Source of the DNA: Octopus bimaculoides
Taxonomy: Eukaryota
Length of the DNA: 32,478 nucleotides
Direction: 5' to 3'
Assembly: GCF_001194135.2 (NCBI RefSeq)
Contig: NC_068996.1
Span: forward strand, 20,931,970 to 20,964,447
Under the pieces are notes generated by a model. That model was not told the origin of the DNA. It searched no databases and was given only the letters and a program-made list of their open reading frames with translations. A program made the translations under genes and the position numbers. The stretch's first letter is position 1. Each line of letters starts with the position of its first letter. Below are positions 12,575 through 23,019 of the stretch, in pieces.

Positions 12575-13309
12575 ACAAGTTAAAAGTACAAACTGTCGAT
12601 TTGTATTATTTCTTATAACTTGTATTGTTTTAGTTTTATAAAAACAAAATTAAAAGCATTTATATATATACTATTTAATACACAAATACAGAGACACACA
12701 GACAGAGGTTAAAATTTTTTAAATTTAAACCTCCTTCTTAGCTGTCTTCATTTAAGTATAGTTTCATTTATGTTGGATATATATAGTCAAAATCGTTTTT
12801 ATTAACCTAAATTCTTTCATATCCTAAAACAAGTTGTGTGTTATTAATTGACACTTTTCCTTTATTTTTGTTTCTGTCTTTTGGCTATCAACTAATAGAT
12901 CCTTGACAAATTGAAAAAAAAGAGAGATTTCTGAAAAATATAACCTAACAAAACAGATTTGTTTTGATTTTACTAGTTTGGATTTTCTAATTCTAGTATG
13001 AAGTGATTGGCCTTTGTAAAAATTGATTTGTGTATTGTCGGAAGAATTGTATTTTGGATTGTCTGCCTATTTGGATATGATGAAAAAAGTGGTTAACAGT
13101 AAAGAAATTTAGACTGAGTCAAAGAGATAAGCACCCAGTTTATAAATACAGTAATTCTAAGGTTTGATTTTTAGGAAAATGTGATCAATAATTCAGCGTT
13201 AACCTCAATGCCATTGTTTTAAATAAAATATTTAACAACTTGCCATGATGGAGATGTCAATAACTATTAAAAAGCTGTCAACTTAATTAGCACCAGCTGT
13301 CTGTCTCTC

Positions 13310-13340
13310 ATATATATATATATATATATATGTGTTTATA

Positions 13341-13372
<32 letters not shown>

Positions 13373-13392
13373 AATATACATATATATATATA
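13310..13392. repeat. (TA)n-rich microsatellite
   Basis: Directly visible. Confidence 0.95.
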
Positions 13393-13393
13393 A

Positions 13394-13650
13394 TCATCAT
13401 CATTTAACATCCGTTTTCTATGCTAGCATGGGGTGGACAGTTTGACAGGAGCCGACTAGCTGAAGGGTTATTCAAGCAGCTCCGTCTGTTTTGGTGTGGC
13501 TTCTATGGCTGGATGCCCTTCCTAATGCCAACCACTTTACAGAGTGTACTGGGTGCTTTTATGGAGCACTGACATGGGTGTTTTTTATGTGGCACCAGTA
13601 CTTATGAGCCTGCAAGATTAGGGATGCTTAGCTGGGGGAGACTACAGTGT
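13394..13650 (-). mobile_element. Family C non-LTR retroposon 3' end with (ATG)n tail
   Basis: atcatcatcatttaacatccgttttctatgctagcatgggg..ggctggatgcccttcctaatgccaaccac; homologous to 25365-25656. Confidence 0.85.
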
Positions 13651-13698
13651 ATATATATATATATATATATATATATNNNNNNNNNNACAGTGTATATA

Positions 13699-13735
<37 letters not shown>
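13650..13735. repeat. (TA)n microsatellite spanning a 10-N gap
   Basis: Visible; acagtgtata occurs on both sides of the gap. Confidence 0.9.
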
Positions 13736-13933
13736 TGTCCCACCTATGCATGAACTTTAAACGATGATGGTGATAAAGTGACACCCCATTCTTGACATAT
13801 TGAATGTTTTATTTCTCTCTTAAAGCTGCTAGGTGTAGTATATCTCTGTACACTTAAACTCTATGCAACTTAATTGAAACTGTACTGCCATTTTTTTTTA
13901 AAGAATGGTTTATCATTCTTTCAGGAATTTCCA

Positions 13934-14163
13934 ATCACCATCATCATTTGGCATCTGTGTTCCATGCTGGCATGGGCTGAACTGTTTTGATGATCCAATG
14001 GCCCAAGGACTGCATTATTGTGTGCCATAGTCTTGCTCTTGCATGGTTTCAATGGATGGATACTCTTCCTAATACCTGCAACCACTTTACAATATGCAGT
14101 GGATGCTTTTTTTCATACCACCAGCACTAGTGAGGTGGCTATACTGCTTGCAATACTATGAAC
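13934..14163 (-). mobile_element. Family C retroposon, older copy
   Basis: catcatcatttggcatctgtgttccatgctggcatggg..ggatactcttcctaatacc..caaccactttaca. Confidence 0.75.
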
Positions 14164-14334
14164 CCATTGATAATCAGCTTTAATGATAGGAGATGAAGAA
14201 ATAAAGCTTTAATCCTTCATCTCCTAGCATAAAAGGTATTACATATTCATCATCATTATCATGAATAAATCGTTCTTGAGAGTTACTGCTTTCTTAGCTT
14301 TGTAAGAGGTGTTATGTCTTGCTTATAAATTCTA

Positions 14335-14470
14335 TTTGTAGCATGGTTTCTATGGCTAGATTCTCTTCCTATCATCAACCACCTTACAGTATGTACTAGG
14401 TGCATTTAATCTTAGCACTAGCACTAGAGAAGTTACAATGTTCCTGATAAGACTGAAAAGTCCTACATTC
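14335..14470 (-). mobile_element. Family C fragment
   Basis: gcatggtttctatggctagattctcttccta..caaccaccttacagtatgtactaggtgc. Confidence 0.6.
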
Positions 14471-14779
14471 TCTTCTTTCTGTGATCTGTATTAGAGGATT
14501 GTCTCATCCTTAGCAAGACTAAAGAGACATCTCTCTTTTCTTTGTTGTCTCTACATTCGTTCTTTATGTTTTGCACACAACTGAATGAGAAGAGAGTGAG
14601 AGACAAGTGTTTTAAAGAGCGGTAGACAGGTTATGATATTGGTAAGGAGCTTGTATAGAAACAGTATTAGTGGTGTGGTGGTGGTAGGAGTGTTTTAAGA
14701 ATGCGTGTGAGAGGAATAATAACCACGGAAAGACCAAGATGATGCAGTTTAATGTTACAATCCAATGTTTCAGCTTCAT

Positions 14780-15330
14780 CAGAGAGTAGAAGTGTGGACA
14801 GACAATTTCTCCTATGTTGGCAGTGTGATAAGTTGTCAAATACATAGTGATGTGAACAGCGGAGTTGTCAAAGGAGTGTGTATGTGCAAATGTGATGATA
14901 AGAAACAGTTGTCCCACCAAGAAGGTTTGGTTATACAGTGCAATACTTCTCTGAATGGTTTTACATGACAGTGAACTATGGAAAATGTCAGCTAGACATT
15001 CTACTAATGAAACCTATAGAAATCCTCAAAGTTACTTGGTGAAATAGAATTGTAAGTGAAGAAGAAATTTTTCTTCAAAGCTTATTCCAGCTGCTGTAAA
15101 ACCTCATAGTACTGTGTTGGTTTCACCTAGTGGGGGGTTTTATTTTGTGCTTTTCAGCCACTCTGCATGCAATGATGACAATGATATGAACACTAGAAAA
15201 TGGCCAGTCAAAGGACACCTGATACCAGATATTTCATAGAGATCTCAAATGGTTGAGAACCAGTTGAACAGGAGCAAGAAAGAACTCGCAGATTCCAGTC
15301 TTGTTGCTTGTTGCCTTATGTATCTCAATA
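14780..15330 (+). mobile_element. RTE-clade LINE (RTE-X-like) RT C-terminal remnant
   Basis: Frameshifted translation gives EVWTDNFSYVGSVIS (cf. F.YLGS.IS), WLYSAILL*MVLHDSELWKMSA (cf. LYSAIVLPTVLYASETWKMTA) and GQSKDT*YQIFHRDLKWLRTS*TGARK (cf. GRPKDTWRRTF..DL). Confidence 0.7.
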
Positions 15331-15689
15331 AATGGGAGGAAGTAAGTCAAATGTGAGAGAGTGTAATGGATAAAAATGATGATGGGTGATGTTAAAGTGA
15401 AGGTAAGAGGAGAGGAAGCAATGAGTGTGAGAGTGATTTAATACAGAGATCCAATGCAGTACTGTTCCTTGTTACATGAGTGATGTGATGGGAGGTGTGA
15501 AAGAGTAATGAAGAGGTGGGGAGAATGATATGCATGTATATGTATCTGTATATCTATATATTTATTTATTCCATTATTAGTTTCACCCAGAGGCTGTGGC
15601 CATTCTGGGGCAATGGAAATGATCCAAATATAGATTGCATCACCACCCTTGTTTTAATGATTCCCCACCCCCATGTTTACTTGGAACAA

Positions 15690-16010
15690 GTAACCAATTT
15701 GCTGGTGGGATTCACTTTCTTGAAATTTGTCTTCACCATTTAGTCCCATGTTTTCCTTGATATCTTTCTCTCTTCTACAGGTTCTATTCTCTTGGAGTGC
15801 CCAACACCTCTGTTATTATCCTCACACATCACATATCTATACAGGCACAATCTCTCTTGCACACTACATCTGATTCCCCTTATACCTACTTTTTCTTTGT
15901 GCATGTTGTTCATGCACATTAACATTACACATCCAGTTGAGCATTTATCATCCTTGTTTCTTTTCAATATTTCAGTGTGGAAGAACAAAAATACTGCAAC
16001 AAAATACAGT
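15690..16010 (-). mobile_element. RTE-clade LINE ORF C-terminal remnant
   Basis: ORF 15740-15988 contains KEKVGIRGIRCSVQERLCLYRYVMCED..RKISRKTWD, matching the RTE C-terminal pattern LREKLGIRGIRC.VQERRLRWYGHVMRM..GRPRKTWD. Confidence 0.8.
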
Positions 16011-16139
16011 TCATAAAGTATCTATTTTTTGCTATTCTTCTCACCCTTTCCTGATATACATACAGAAAGAAGATATTCACATGCATACATGATAAATGCC
16101 TGGGCAGTTTCTGTCCCAAGTTTCATGCAAAGGATGTGG

Positions 16140-16297
16140 GCCGTGTGATAAGTTGCCATAAGTGCATAGAAAATGGTGTGAACAGCAGAATTGTCAAAGG
16201 AGTGTATGTGTTTTTGTGGCAATGAGAAGCAGTTTGGTTACATAGTGCAATAGTTCTCTGAATGGTTCTGCATGGCAATGAAATATGGAAAATATTG
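16140..16297 (+). mobile_element. Second RTE-X-like RT fragment, paralogous to ~14820-14990
   Basis: gtgtgataagttg..tgtgaacagc.ga.ttgtcaaaggagtgt..gtttggtta.a.agtgcaata.ttctctgaatggtt; translates to WLHSAIVL*MVLHGNEIWK. Confidence 0.75.
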
Positions 16298-16299
16298 GT

Positions 16300-16403
16300 T
16301 CAGTCTGAGACTAGCAGAAGAATAATGCTTGCCAGAGTTGCTACACAGTTGAATCAAACTCAGAGCTGGGTGGTTGTCGAAGCAACTTGTTAAACATACA
16401 GCC
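16300..16403 (-). mobile_element. Degraded family A SINE head fragment
   Basis: tgcttgccagagttgctacacagttgaatcaaactc..gtggttgtcgaagcaacttgttaaacatacagcca resembles the family A 5' region. Confidence 0.5.
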
Positions 16404-17190
16404 ATATATACATTAACTGATATTTTTCATGTCACTTCTTTCTTTAAAATATTGTACTTCCTTGTATTCAATATTCAATTTGTCCATTGTGTATTATTGC
16501 AAGACTTGTGTACAATATACAAGGCAAGCAAGTGAAAGGTCTGACTTGGTATAAAGCAACATATGTTAGACTTGTTTTCAAGTATTATCTTTCATGCAGA
16601 GATAGAAACACTTCATCAAGAGAACTGACAAATCTTTGAATATTTAACATATCAAACTTTAGATACATTATGGTGAAATGTTTGTTGTGATATTTGATTG
16701 TAGCTTGCCAATATCAAAATTTGCTTTCATCCTTTTTATGGTCAGATTAGCAGTCTAGCGTGGTGGATTGTTGGAATTGCTGTAGTATCTGATGATCTGA
16801 ATTGCAATGTTCATTTTGTCTCTTTTGTATTCTGAGTTCTATCACCCTGTTTCATGCCACCAACATGATCTTTGGGTAACTTTAGAAGAATTCACTCTGT
16901 TACTAGCATTTGGGCCATATGTCCAGTTTGAGGATACCTTGCTCATTTCCTCCTAGTAGTCTTTGAAGCCCTAAATGTAATAGTTATCACTCTGCAGAGA
17001 CATGTGTCTACCTACTAGTTAAGTCATTGCTACTGATGACCAGCTACACTTATACATCTAATGTTTTCATTCTGTATTAACTTCCTTTCTGTCAGAGATC
17101 CTAATACATGTAATTCAAGACATCCACTATATTGAAGACCTTTTCCCTGTGGCTTCTTAGCTTTTGTGCTCCTAACTGTTTGCTAATAAC

Positions 17191-17423
17191 TTAACTGTTT
17201 AGCATTTTAAAATGACCGTATTTGGCCTAAATATTTTACCTGTTTTGTGTTCAAACTAATCAAATCCAGCCTCTTCTTTCTACTTAATCAGCAATGCCCT
17301 TTTAAAATTAAACCATCACATCATTGAAATCTTAAAGCTACGAGATAATACATGATTAATTAAAAACAATGTGAATAAATAAGCATTACATTTGACATAG
17401 TAATTTGAATGTTAGAGGGTTAA
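17191..17423. mobile_element. Non-autonomous piggyBac-type MITE with TTAA target duplication
   Basis: TTAA at 17191-17194 and 17420-17423. The termini ttaa-ctgtttagcattt and gaatgttagaggg-ttaa are degenerate inverted repeats. Confidence 0.6.
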
Positions 17424-17915
17424 GAGGTTAACTTTCATGGGTATCTAAAATATAGAATGTGTAATACTAATCTTTATCAACAGCTAATAGTGCACTCACT
17501 TTTTGTAGTTCTTAATCATTGCACAACCATCTATAACTTCCTCAAACCACGGGACTGATAGCCAACCTATTTATTTGTAAACCATGTCATCGAATGTGAT
17601 ATCTCTTTATTTTTGTACCTTATCACTAATATATTTTCACACCTGAATATCATGACCCTTATATTTTGTATTGAAATTCTTCAAAATTAAACAAGGGTAA
17701 ATACAGTAGATTTGTTTCACAACTTCCTGCACATGTTTTTGTGATCATTGCAATCAGTATTCAGAGAATCATTCTCTTCATTTCTGTTGGGTCAAAAAAC
17801 AAAACTTCAGGAATTTATATTCTGTGGATAATGTTTTTGAATTTTTCTTTTTTTATCAGTCAAATTTTATGTGGGTTGGGGCACAAGTTTCTTATTTAAT
17901 ATTTTGTTAGAATTT

Positions 17916-18123
17916 AAGGTAACAAGCTGGCAAAATTGTTAACTTGCTGGGCGAAATGCTTAGCAGCATTTTGTCTGTCTTCATGTTCTGTACACAAATT
18001 CTACTGAGATCGACTTTCATCTTTTGGGGTTGATAAAATAAATACTAGTCAAGTTAGGAGTCGATGTAATTGACTTAACCCTTCCCTGATATTGCTGGCC
18101 TTGCACCAACAATTTGAAATCAG
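17916..18123 (+). mobile_element. Family B SINE with a perfect 16-bp target-site duplication
   Basis: tattttgttagaattt at 17900-17915 and 18124-18139. The body contains ctggcaaaa..gggcgaaatgcttagc..ttggggttgataaaataa..ggccttgcacc. Confidence 0.9.
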
Positions 18124-18409
18124 TATTTTGTTAGAATTTGCCAATATGTTAGGGTCTGCTCTGTTCCTGTGAAGATCATTTCCCAATACTCATCTTAAAA
18201 TCCTTGGATAATTAGATATTCAAATAAACCCCTGGATTAAATATGACATGATATTTATAATTTTTGAATGAAAACAAGAAATAAACAAAACACTACGAAT
18301 TAATTGTAAATTTTCCAACTGGAAATATATTAATTATCCTTGACTTGTATATACATGCACACTTGTATTTCTAGACATACTCGTGTTCTTACTTGCATGC
18401 ACATGCACA

Positions 18410-18545
18410 CAGTGGGGTACTGGAGTACTTCTGTAGAGTTCAACTATTCTACTCACAAGGCATTGTGAGTAGAATAGCGAAAGGTTGTAACAGATGCCCA
18501 AGGAGCTATGTGTTCAGATAGAACTTGAAACTGTTCAGTAACTGA
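18410..18545 (-). mobile_element. Rearranged family A SINE fragment containing a perfect 15-bp hairpin
   Basis: actcacaaggc and gcccaagg are family A motifs; hairpin at 18444-18477. Confidence 0.45.
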
Positions 18546-18659
18546 ATGTTTCTATCACTCCATCCTTCATCACATGTCTCTATTGCTATCATTTATGCAT
18601 CCCACTCAATAAAGAGGCTGGCAATTGAACAGAGATGTGGAATTGTGAGATCCTTTTAG

Positions 18660-18883
18660 TCATGTTGAGGGCATGACTGCCTCTCTAATGCTGGTATCAT
18701 GAAAAATAACACTGTAGTGTAGTTGGCATCCAGCTGTAGAAACCAACCCCAAAACAAAACCCAAATGAGCTTATGCTCCTTCAATCCATTTAAGTAAGCA
18801 GTACCCCTGAATATGTGCTCACTTCAAATGGGGTTACCATCCAACCAACAACAACATGGAAAGCAGATATAAAATGATTGATG
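18660..18883 (+). mobile_element. Family C retroposon, degraded, sense orientation
   Basis: gcatccagctgtagaaacc and catggaaagcagatataaaatgattgatg are reverse complements of family C motifs. Confidence 0.65.
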
Positions 18884-19047
18884 TATGTGTGTGTACACAT
18901 ATATGTGAGCACATAAATGCAGAACAAGGTAGAATAAAAAGTAGTGTTTGTTCAAGCTGATAAATTTCACTGTCTGGTCAGTTATGTGAAACTAACAGTT
19001 TGTAGAATTTCTCGGCTTCAGTATAACACTATACCTATCATTATATG

Positions 19048-19868
19048 TACTGTAAAAACCAATGTAATTTACACATTTTTTTTTTTTTGCAAAAATAAAA
19101 ATAAATTTTAGGGGTGCATAAATTACATGAGTAGATCTTTTCCAGAATTGTTTAAAAAATTTTTTTGTTGAAAAGAGACATACAAAATATGAACATTCAT
19201 ACTGGAAGTTTGACTCATTTAATGCCTGAATAGGTTTTTACAGAAAAAATAAGGGCTTAAATATAATGAAGTTGACTTTTATGCTGGATGGTATAACGCT
19301 TACTTTTTTTGTGTGAATTTACTAAAACCATTAAATGGTCAACTACTTTTTGAAGTCTGACATTCGTGCTGGTAAACACGGTCCAGGCCATATTTTACTT
19401 GGTTGAGTGAAGTGTTATCCAAGCTGATGTTTATTGGTAATTAAACTTAATTTGCAACACCTGTGAGTATTTATCAGCTTTGTTTTTGTTGATAATTCTT
19501 GACAACTTTTCCTGTGATCGTCATTTGAGATTTAGCAGTATGCTAATGATCGGACATAATCTCTTGTGGGCAAGAAATGTAAAATAAAGTATATTATAAA
19601 CAACACAAACACTTTATAATTCAACAGCTTATAATGTGATACCTGTTAAACAGAAATTATTTTTATTTAATGAAAATTTAATAAAATCTAATCATAAGTA
19701 AATGAAATTATGCTAAATGCAACTAAACTGAAAACCTTTTCCCCCTAGCCATATTGGTAGTTCTGAAAACTTTTGGGTGCGAATTTTACATGAGTAGAAG
19801 GTTTTTTTTTAAACAATTTTCATGCATAAATTACACAGGTGTGCAAATTACATGGGTTTTTATTGGTA
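19048..19868. mobile_element. Non-autonomous Tc1/mariner-superfamily-like DNA element (TA-flanked)
   Basis: Left end TA-ctgtaaaaaccaatgtaatttacac versus reverse-complemented right end TA-ccaataaaaacccatgtaatttgcacac. The subterminal motif gggtgc..aatt.tacatgagtaga recurs at ~19091 and ~19776. Confidence 0.55.
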
Positions 19869-20384
19869 TATAATTTTTATTAGTTGTAGAGCTACATAAG
19901 TGACTCAAAAGCTGAGAGTTTAGTGTAAAGTATTTATCAAACTATGTAAGTAGTATGCATAAAGCTGTGGTTCCTTGACTATTAACCTTACAACCAATAA
20001 ATAAATTTGCTCCACTTTGTGTACTGAATTCTATTTCCTCTATTTGTAGCACTTAACCCATCTGTTTGTCTGTCTAAACATGTATGCACTGCAGTGTCAT
20101 GTATCCATGAAGCCAGCAGACAGCTGTGCTATGCACATATGCAAACCACAAATGACAGGCGGACAACATTACACCTTACTGTGTGTTATGTACATAAGAC
20201 AGCAGACTGCAATGTCATGCACACACTCAAGTCTCCTACAACTCTGCACTGCCTACATTAAAGACTACAGGAGGTTTAAGCATGTGTATAACAGCAAACT
20301 GCTGTACCATGCAGTCACTTAGGCTTCCTACAGGTTCCAGTGTCTTCACATAAATATTGGAATGATTTAGTTTGCTTAATGGTT

Positions 20385-20700
20385 GTTAGTTAGCCATGGG
20401 TCAATATTGATATGACACATCTGTATTTTATTCAGAGAAAGTATATCTTTAGCTATATTATGTAATGTATTTTTGAGGGAAATTTGGCTGTTTTTTCTAA
20501 CGTGTTGGATGACAGTGTGCAAACTTGTGTGCTTAGAATATTCTTTTAGCCCTGGGTAGGCTCTGATCCATAAGCCTTATAAAAAAATCCTCCAACCATG
20601 ACTATTGCACTTGTTAAAGATATCTACAACTGATCCATGCAACATGTTATTGTGTGATGGTTTTGGAATTTTGCCTTCTAGCGAGTTAAGTAACCATTAA
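20385..20700 (+). mobile_element. Two adjacent degraded family D repeats
   Basis: ttagccatgggtca..ttttgagggaaatttggctgttttttcta, followed by ttagccctgggtaggctctgat..ccatgact. Confidence 0.45.
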
Positions 20701-20723
20701 GTTGCCCTCATTAACTCAATTAT

Positions 20724-21043
20724 ATCCTTTTATCTTTTACTTGCTTCAGTTATTGCACTGCAGTTATGCTGAGGCACTGCTTTAAAGGGTTAAATCAACC
20801 TCAGTACTTATTTTTTATATCGGGTTTCTTTGCCAAACTGCCAAGGTATGGAGACATAGATAAACACACACACACATGATGAACTTCCACACAGTTTTCA
20901 TCTACCAAATTCACTCAGAAAGCATTGATTGTCTTGAGGCTATAGCATAAGATAACCTGCCTAAGTGCTGCAAAGTGGGACTGAACCAAAAAACCGAGTG
21001 CTTGCAAAGTATACTTCTTAATGACACAGTCATGCCTGCACCT
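20724..21043 (-). mobile_element. Family A SINE, old CpG-decayed copy
   Basis: tcttttacttgcttcagt tail, ctaccaaattcactca, gaggctatag, gtgggactgaacc and the catgcctgcacct head. Confidence 0.8.
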
Positions 21044-21044
21044 C

Positions 21045-21520
21045 GAGGACTGTACCAAGCTCTATTATCTGTTTTGGCATTGTTTTTATGGCAGGATGCC
21101 CTTTCTAACACCAACTATGTTAGTGTGGACTGGATGCTTTTTATGTGATACCAACACTAACAAGATCTGCTTTGACATGGTTTTTACGGTTGGATGCCCT
21201 TCCCACACCAACCACTTTACAGATGGACTGGGTGGTTTTTAAGTGACACCAACACTGGTGAGGTCTGCTTTGGTATGGTTTTTTATGGTTAGATGCCCTT
21301 CCAAATGCCAACCACTTTACAGAGTGGACTGGATTTTACATGGCATCAGCAACAGTAAGTCACCAAGTAACTTTGCAACACAAAAATCCTTTTAGCGGTA
21401 GTTTGGTATTGAAGTGGTTTTGTGTCAGTTGAGAGGTTCAAGTATGACAGGGACAGAAACTGGGGTCTTGCTGTAGAAGAAATACATGTTTACCCCAGTT
21501 GAAAGGAGAGAGAACAAGAG
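21045..21520 (-). mobile_element. Family C retroposon with an internal 98-bp unit triplicated
   Basis: Units start at 21068, 21166 and 21264 (tctg.tttg.catgg..tt.ta.gg..ggatgccctt..aa..ccaac). Confidence 0.8.
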
Positions 21521-21859
21521 AGGTGGTGGTGATATTGTGCTATAATTTCTTGTCTCTAACACCCAACAATATTGGCAGATGTTTGGCTGCTATTAATATA
21601 GCACGAGGTTCAATAACTGTGAAGCTAGCATGTTGAATTGTTGGTCATTTATTGGTAAGTTTGTCATTTCAGATACACTCAAAGATCCTTTCTGTAAGTC
21701 ACAGCTTCCATTCTTGCTTCGCGGTCAAGGTGTTTACATTATATTTTCAAAAGCAAACAAACTACGGACCACTATATGAAAGCATCTATGACCAAATAAT
21801 GCTTTGTTTTAAATGGTTGTATAGTTTCAAGGATATATACTACCCTCTCTGCCCATAAC

Positions 21860-22033
21860 CTGGTAGAACATCCAGCTGAAGGGAGAAAGTATTGCATCAG
21901 CACTTGGATGGTACTCATTTTCAACTGAGTACACTGGAGCAATGTAAAACGAAGTGCCTTATTCAAGGAAACAGTATGCTGCCCAATCTGGGAATTGAAT
22001 CCATACAGATACAACATGGTAACCACTAAGCCA
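21860..22033 (-). mobile_element. tRNA-derived CORE-like SINE
   Basis: Minus strand: ggcttagtggtta..ggattcaattcc (A/B-box-like), then tgtttccttgaataaggcactt..cattgctccagtgtactcagttgaaaatgagtacc, resembling the CORE-SINE central domain as I recall it. Confidence 0.6.
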
Positions 22034-22211
22034 TAGTAAAAATAAGTTCATCAGGAAAGAAAAGTTGCTCCTATGCAAAGACTGACATTTTCTAAGTTAT
22101 GTAAAGACGTTTTGTTTTATAAAGCTTTTCATTTTTAATACTAACAGTAACAAGATATACTATTGGTAGTATTAAACATTATTCTCACTGAAATAAATGC
22201 TTAATGTTAAT

Positions 22212-22560
22212 ATCATCATCATTTAATGTCTTGTTTCATGCTGCCATGGGTTGAGTGGTTTGGCAGGATCCGATGGGCCCAAAGACTGCAGTGTACTTCA
22301 GTGTCTGCTTTGGCATGGTTTCTATGGTTGATTGCACTTCCTAATACCAACTACTCAACAGTTTGTATTGGGTGTTTTTTTTTTTCTTGCCACCAGCAAT
22401 TGGTGAAATTACGATGTAGCTTGCAAGATTATGAATCCTGAGCAGGAGGGGGAACTTTATGCATGGAGAATAAAGAGTATAGAGGGATAAAGTACAAAGG
22501 AAAAGGGCCAAAGCAGAACAGGTTTCTTGCTGTAGAGGAGTGACATGACTATTCAGATTT
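22212..22560 (-). mobile_element. Family C retroposon
   Basis: atcatcatcatttaatgtc tail; ggcatggtttctatggttg; body continues to aacaggtttcttgctgtagaggagtgacatgact. Confidence 0.8.
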
Positions 22561-22656
22561 CTATATTTTAAAGATAAGATATCCTGTACATTATTTATAT
22601 TATTTACGTTGGACGGATATGTATCCTCCTCTTGTTTGTTGTTACCGCAACATTGT

Positions 22657-23018
22657 ACTCTTTACTCTTTTACATGTTTGTCATTTGACTGTGGCCATGC
22701 TGGAGCACCACCTTTAGTCGAGCAAATTGACCCCGGGACTTATTCTTTGGAAGCCTAGTACTTAGTCTATCGGTCTCTTTTGCCGAACCGCTAAGTTACG
22801 GGGACGTAAACACACCAGCATCGGTTGTCAAGCGATGCTGGGGGGACAGACATATACACACACATATATATATATATACATATATATGATGGGCTTCTTT
22901 CAGTTTCCGTCTACCAAATCCACTCACAAGGCTTTGGTCGGCCCAAGGCTATAGTAGAAGACACTTGCCCAAAGTGCCATGCAGTGGGAATGAACCCGGA
23001 ACCATGTGGTTGGTAAGC
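22657..23018 (-). mobile_element. Family A tRNA-derived SINE, young near-full-length copy
   Basis: (actcttt)n tail, intact CpGs, internal TA microsatellite, and B-box-like GGTTCATTCCC on the minus strand (~22986-22996). Confidence 0.95.
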
Positions 23019-23019
23019 A

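Larger units (their letters stand above)
12405..12656. repeat. Imperfect inverted repeat (arms ~12405-12502 and ~12530-12656), probably Penelope-like element termini
   Basis: The reverse complement of the left arm (..ccaagcaccaaaatatagaaatacaaagtaaatgtacaaaccatcaac..acttgcactgttttggtttcataaaaa) aligns with the right arm (..cctaacactgaaatattgaaatacaagttaaaagtacaaactgtcga..acttgtattgttttagttttataaaaa). Confidence 0.75.

Noticed and set aside
13640-13700. Apparent direct repeat acagtgtata on both sides of the 10-N gap
   Set aside because: Most likely overlapping contig ends at a (TA)n tract, i.e. an assembly artefact.
14763-14782. Minus-strand CTGATGA-AGCT-GAAAC
   Set aside because: There is no room for a stem II loop, and it overlaps the start of the RTE RT remnant; probably coincidental.
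20080-20322. 80-aa Cys/His-containing ORF
   Set aside because: No zinc-finger spacing, no convincing splice sites, and no homology recognised.
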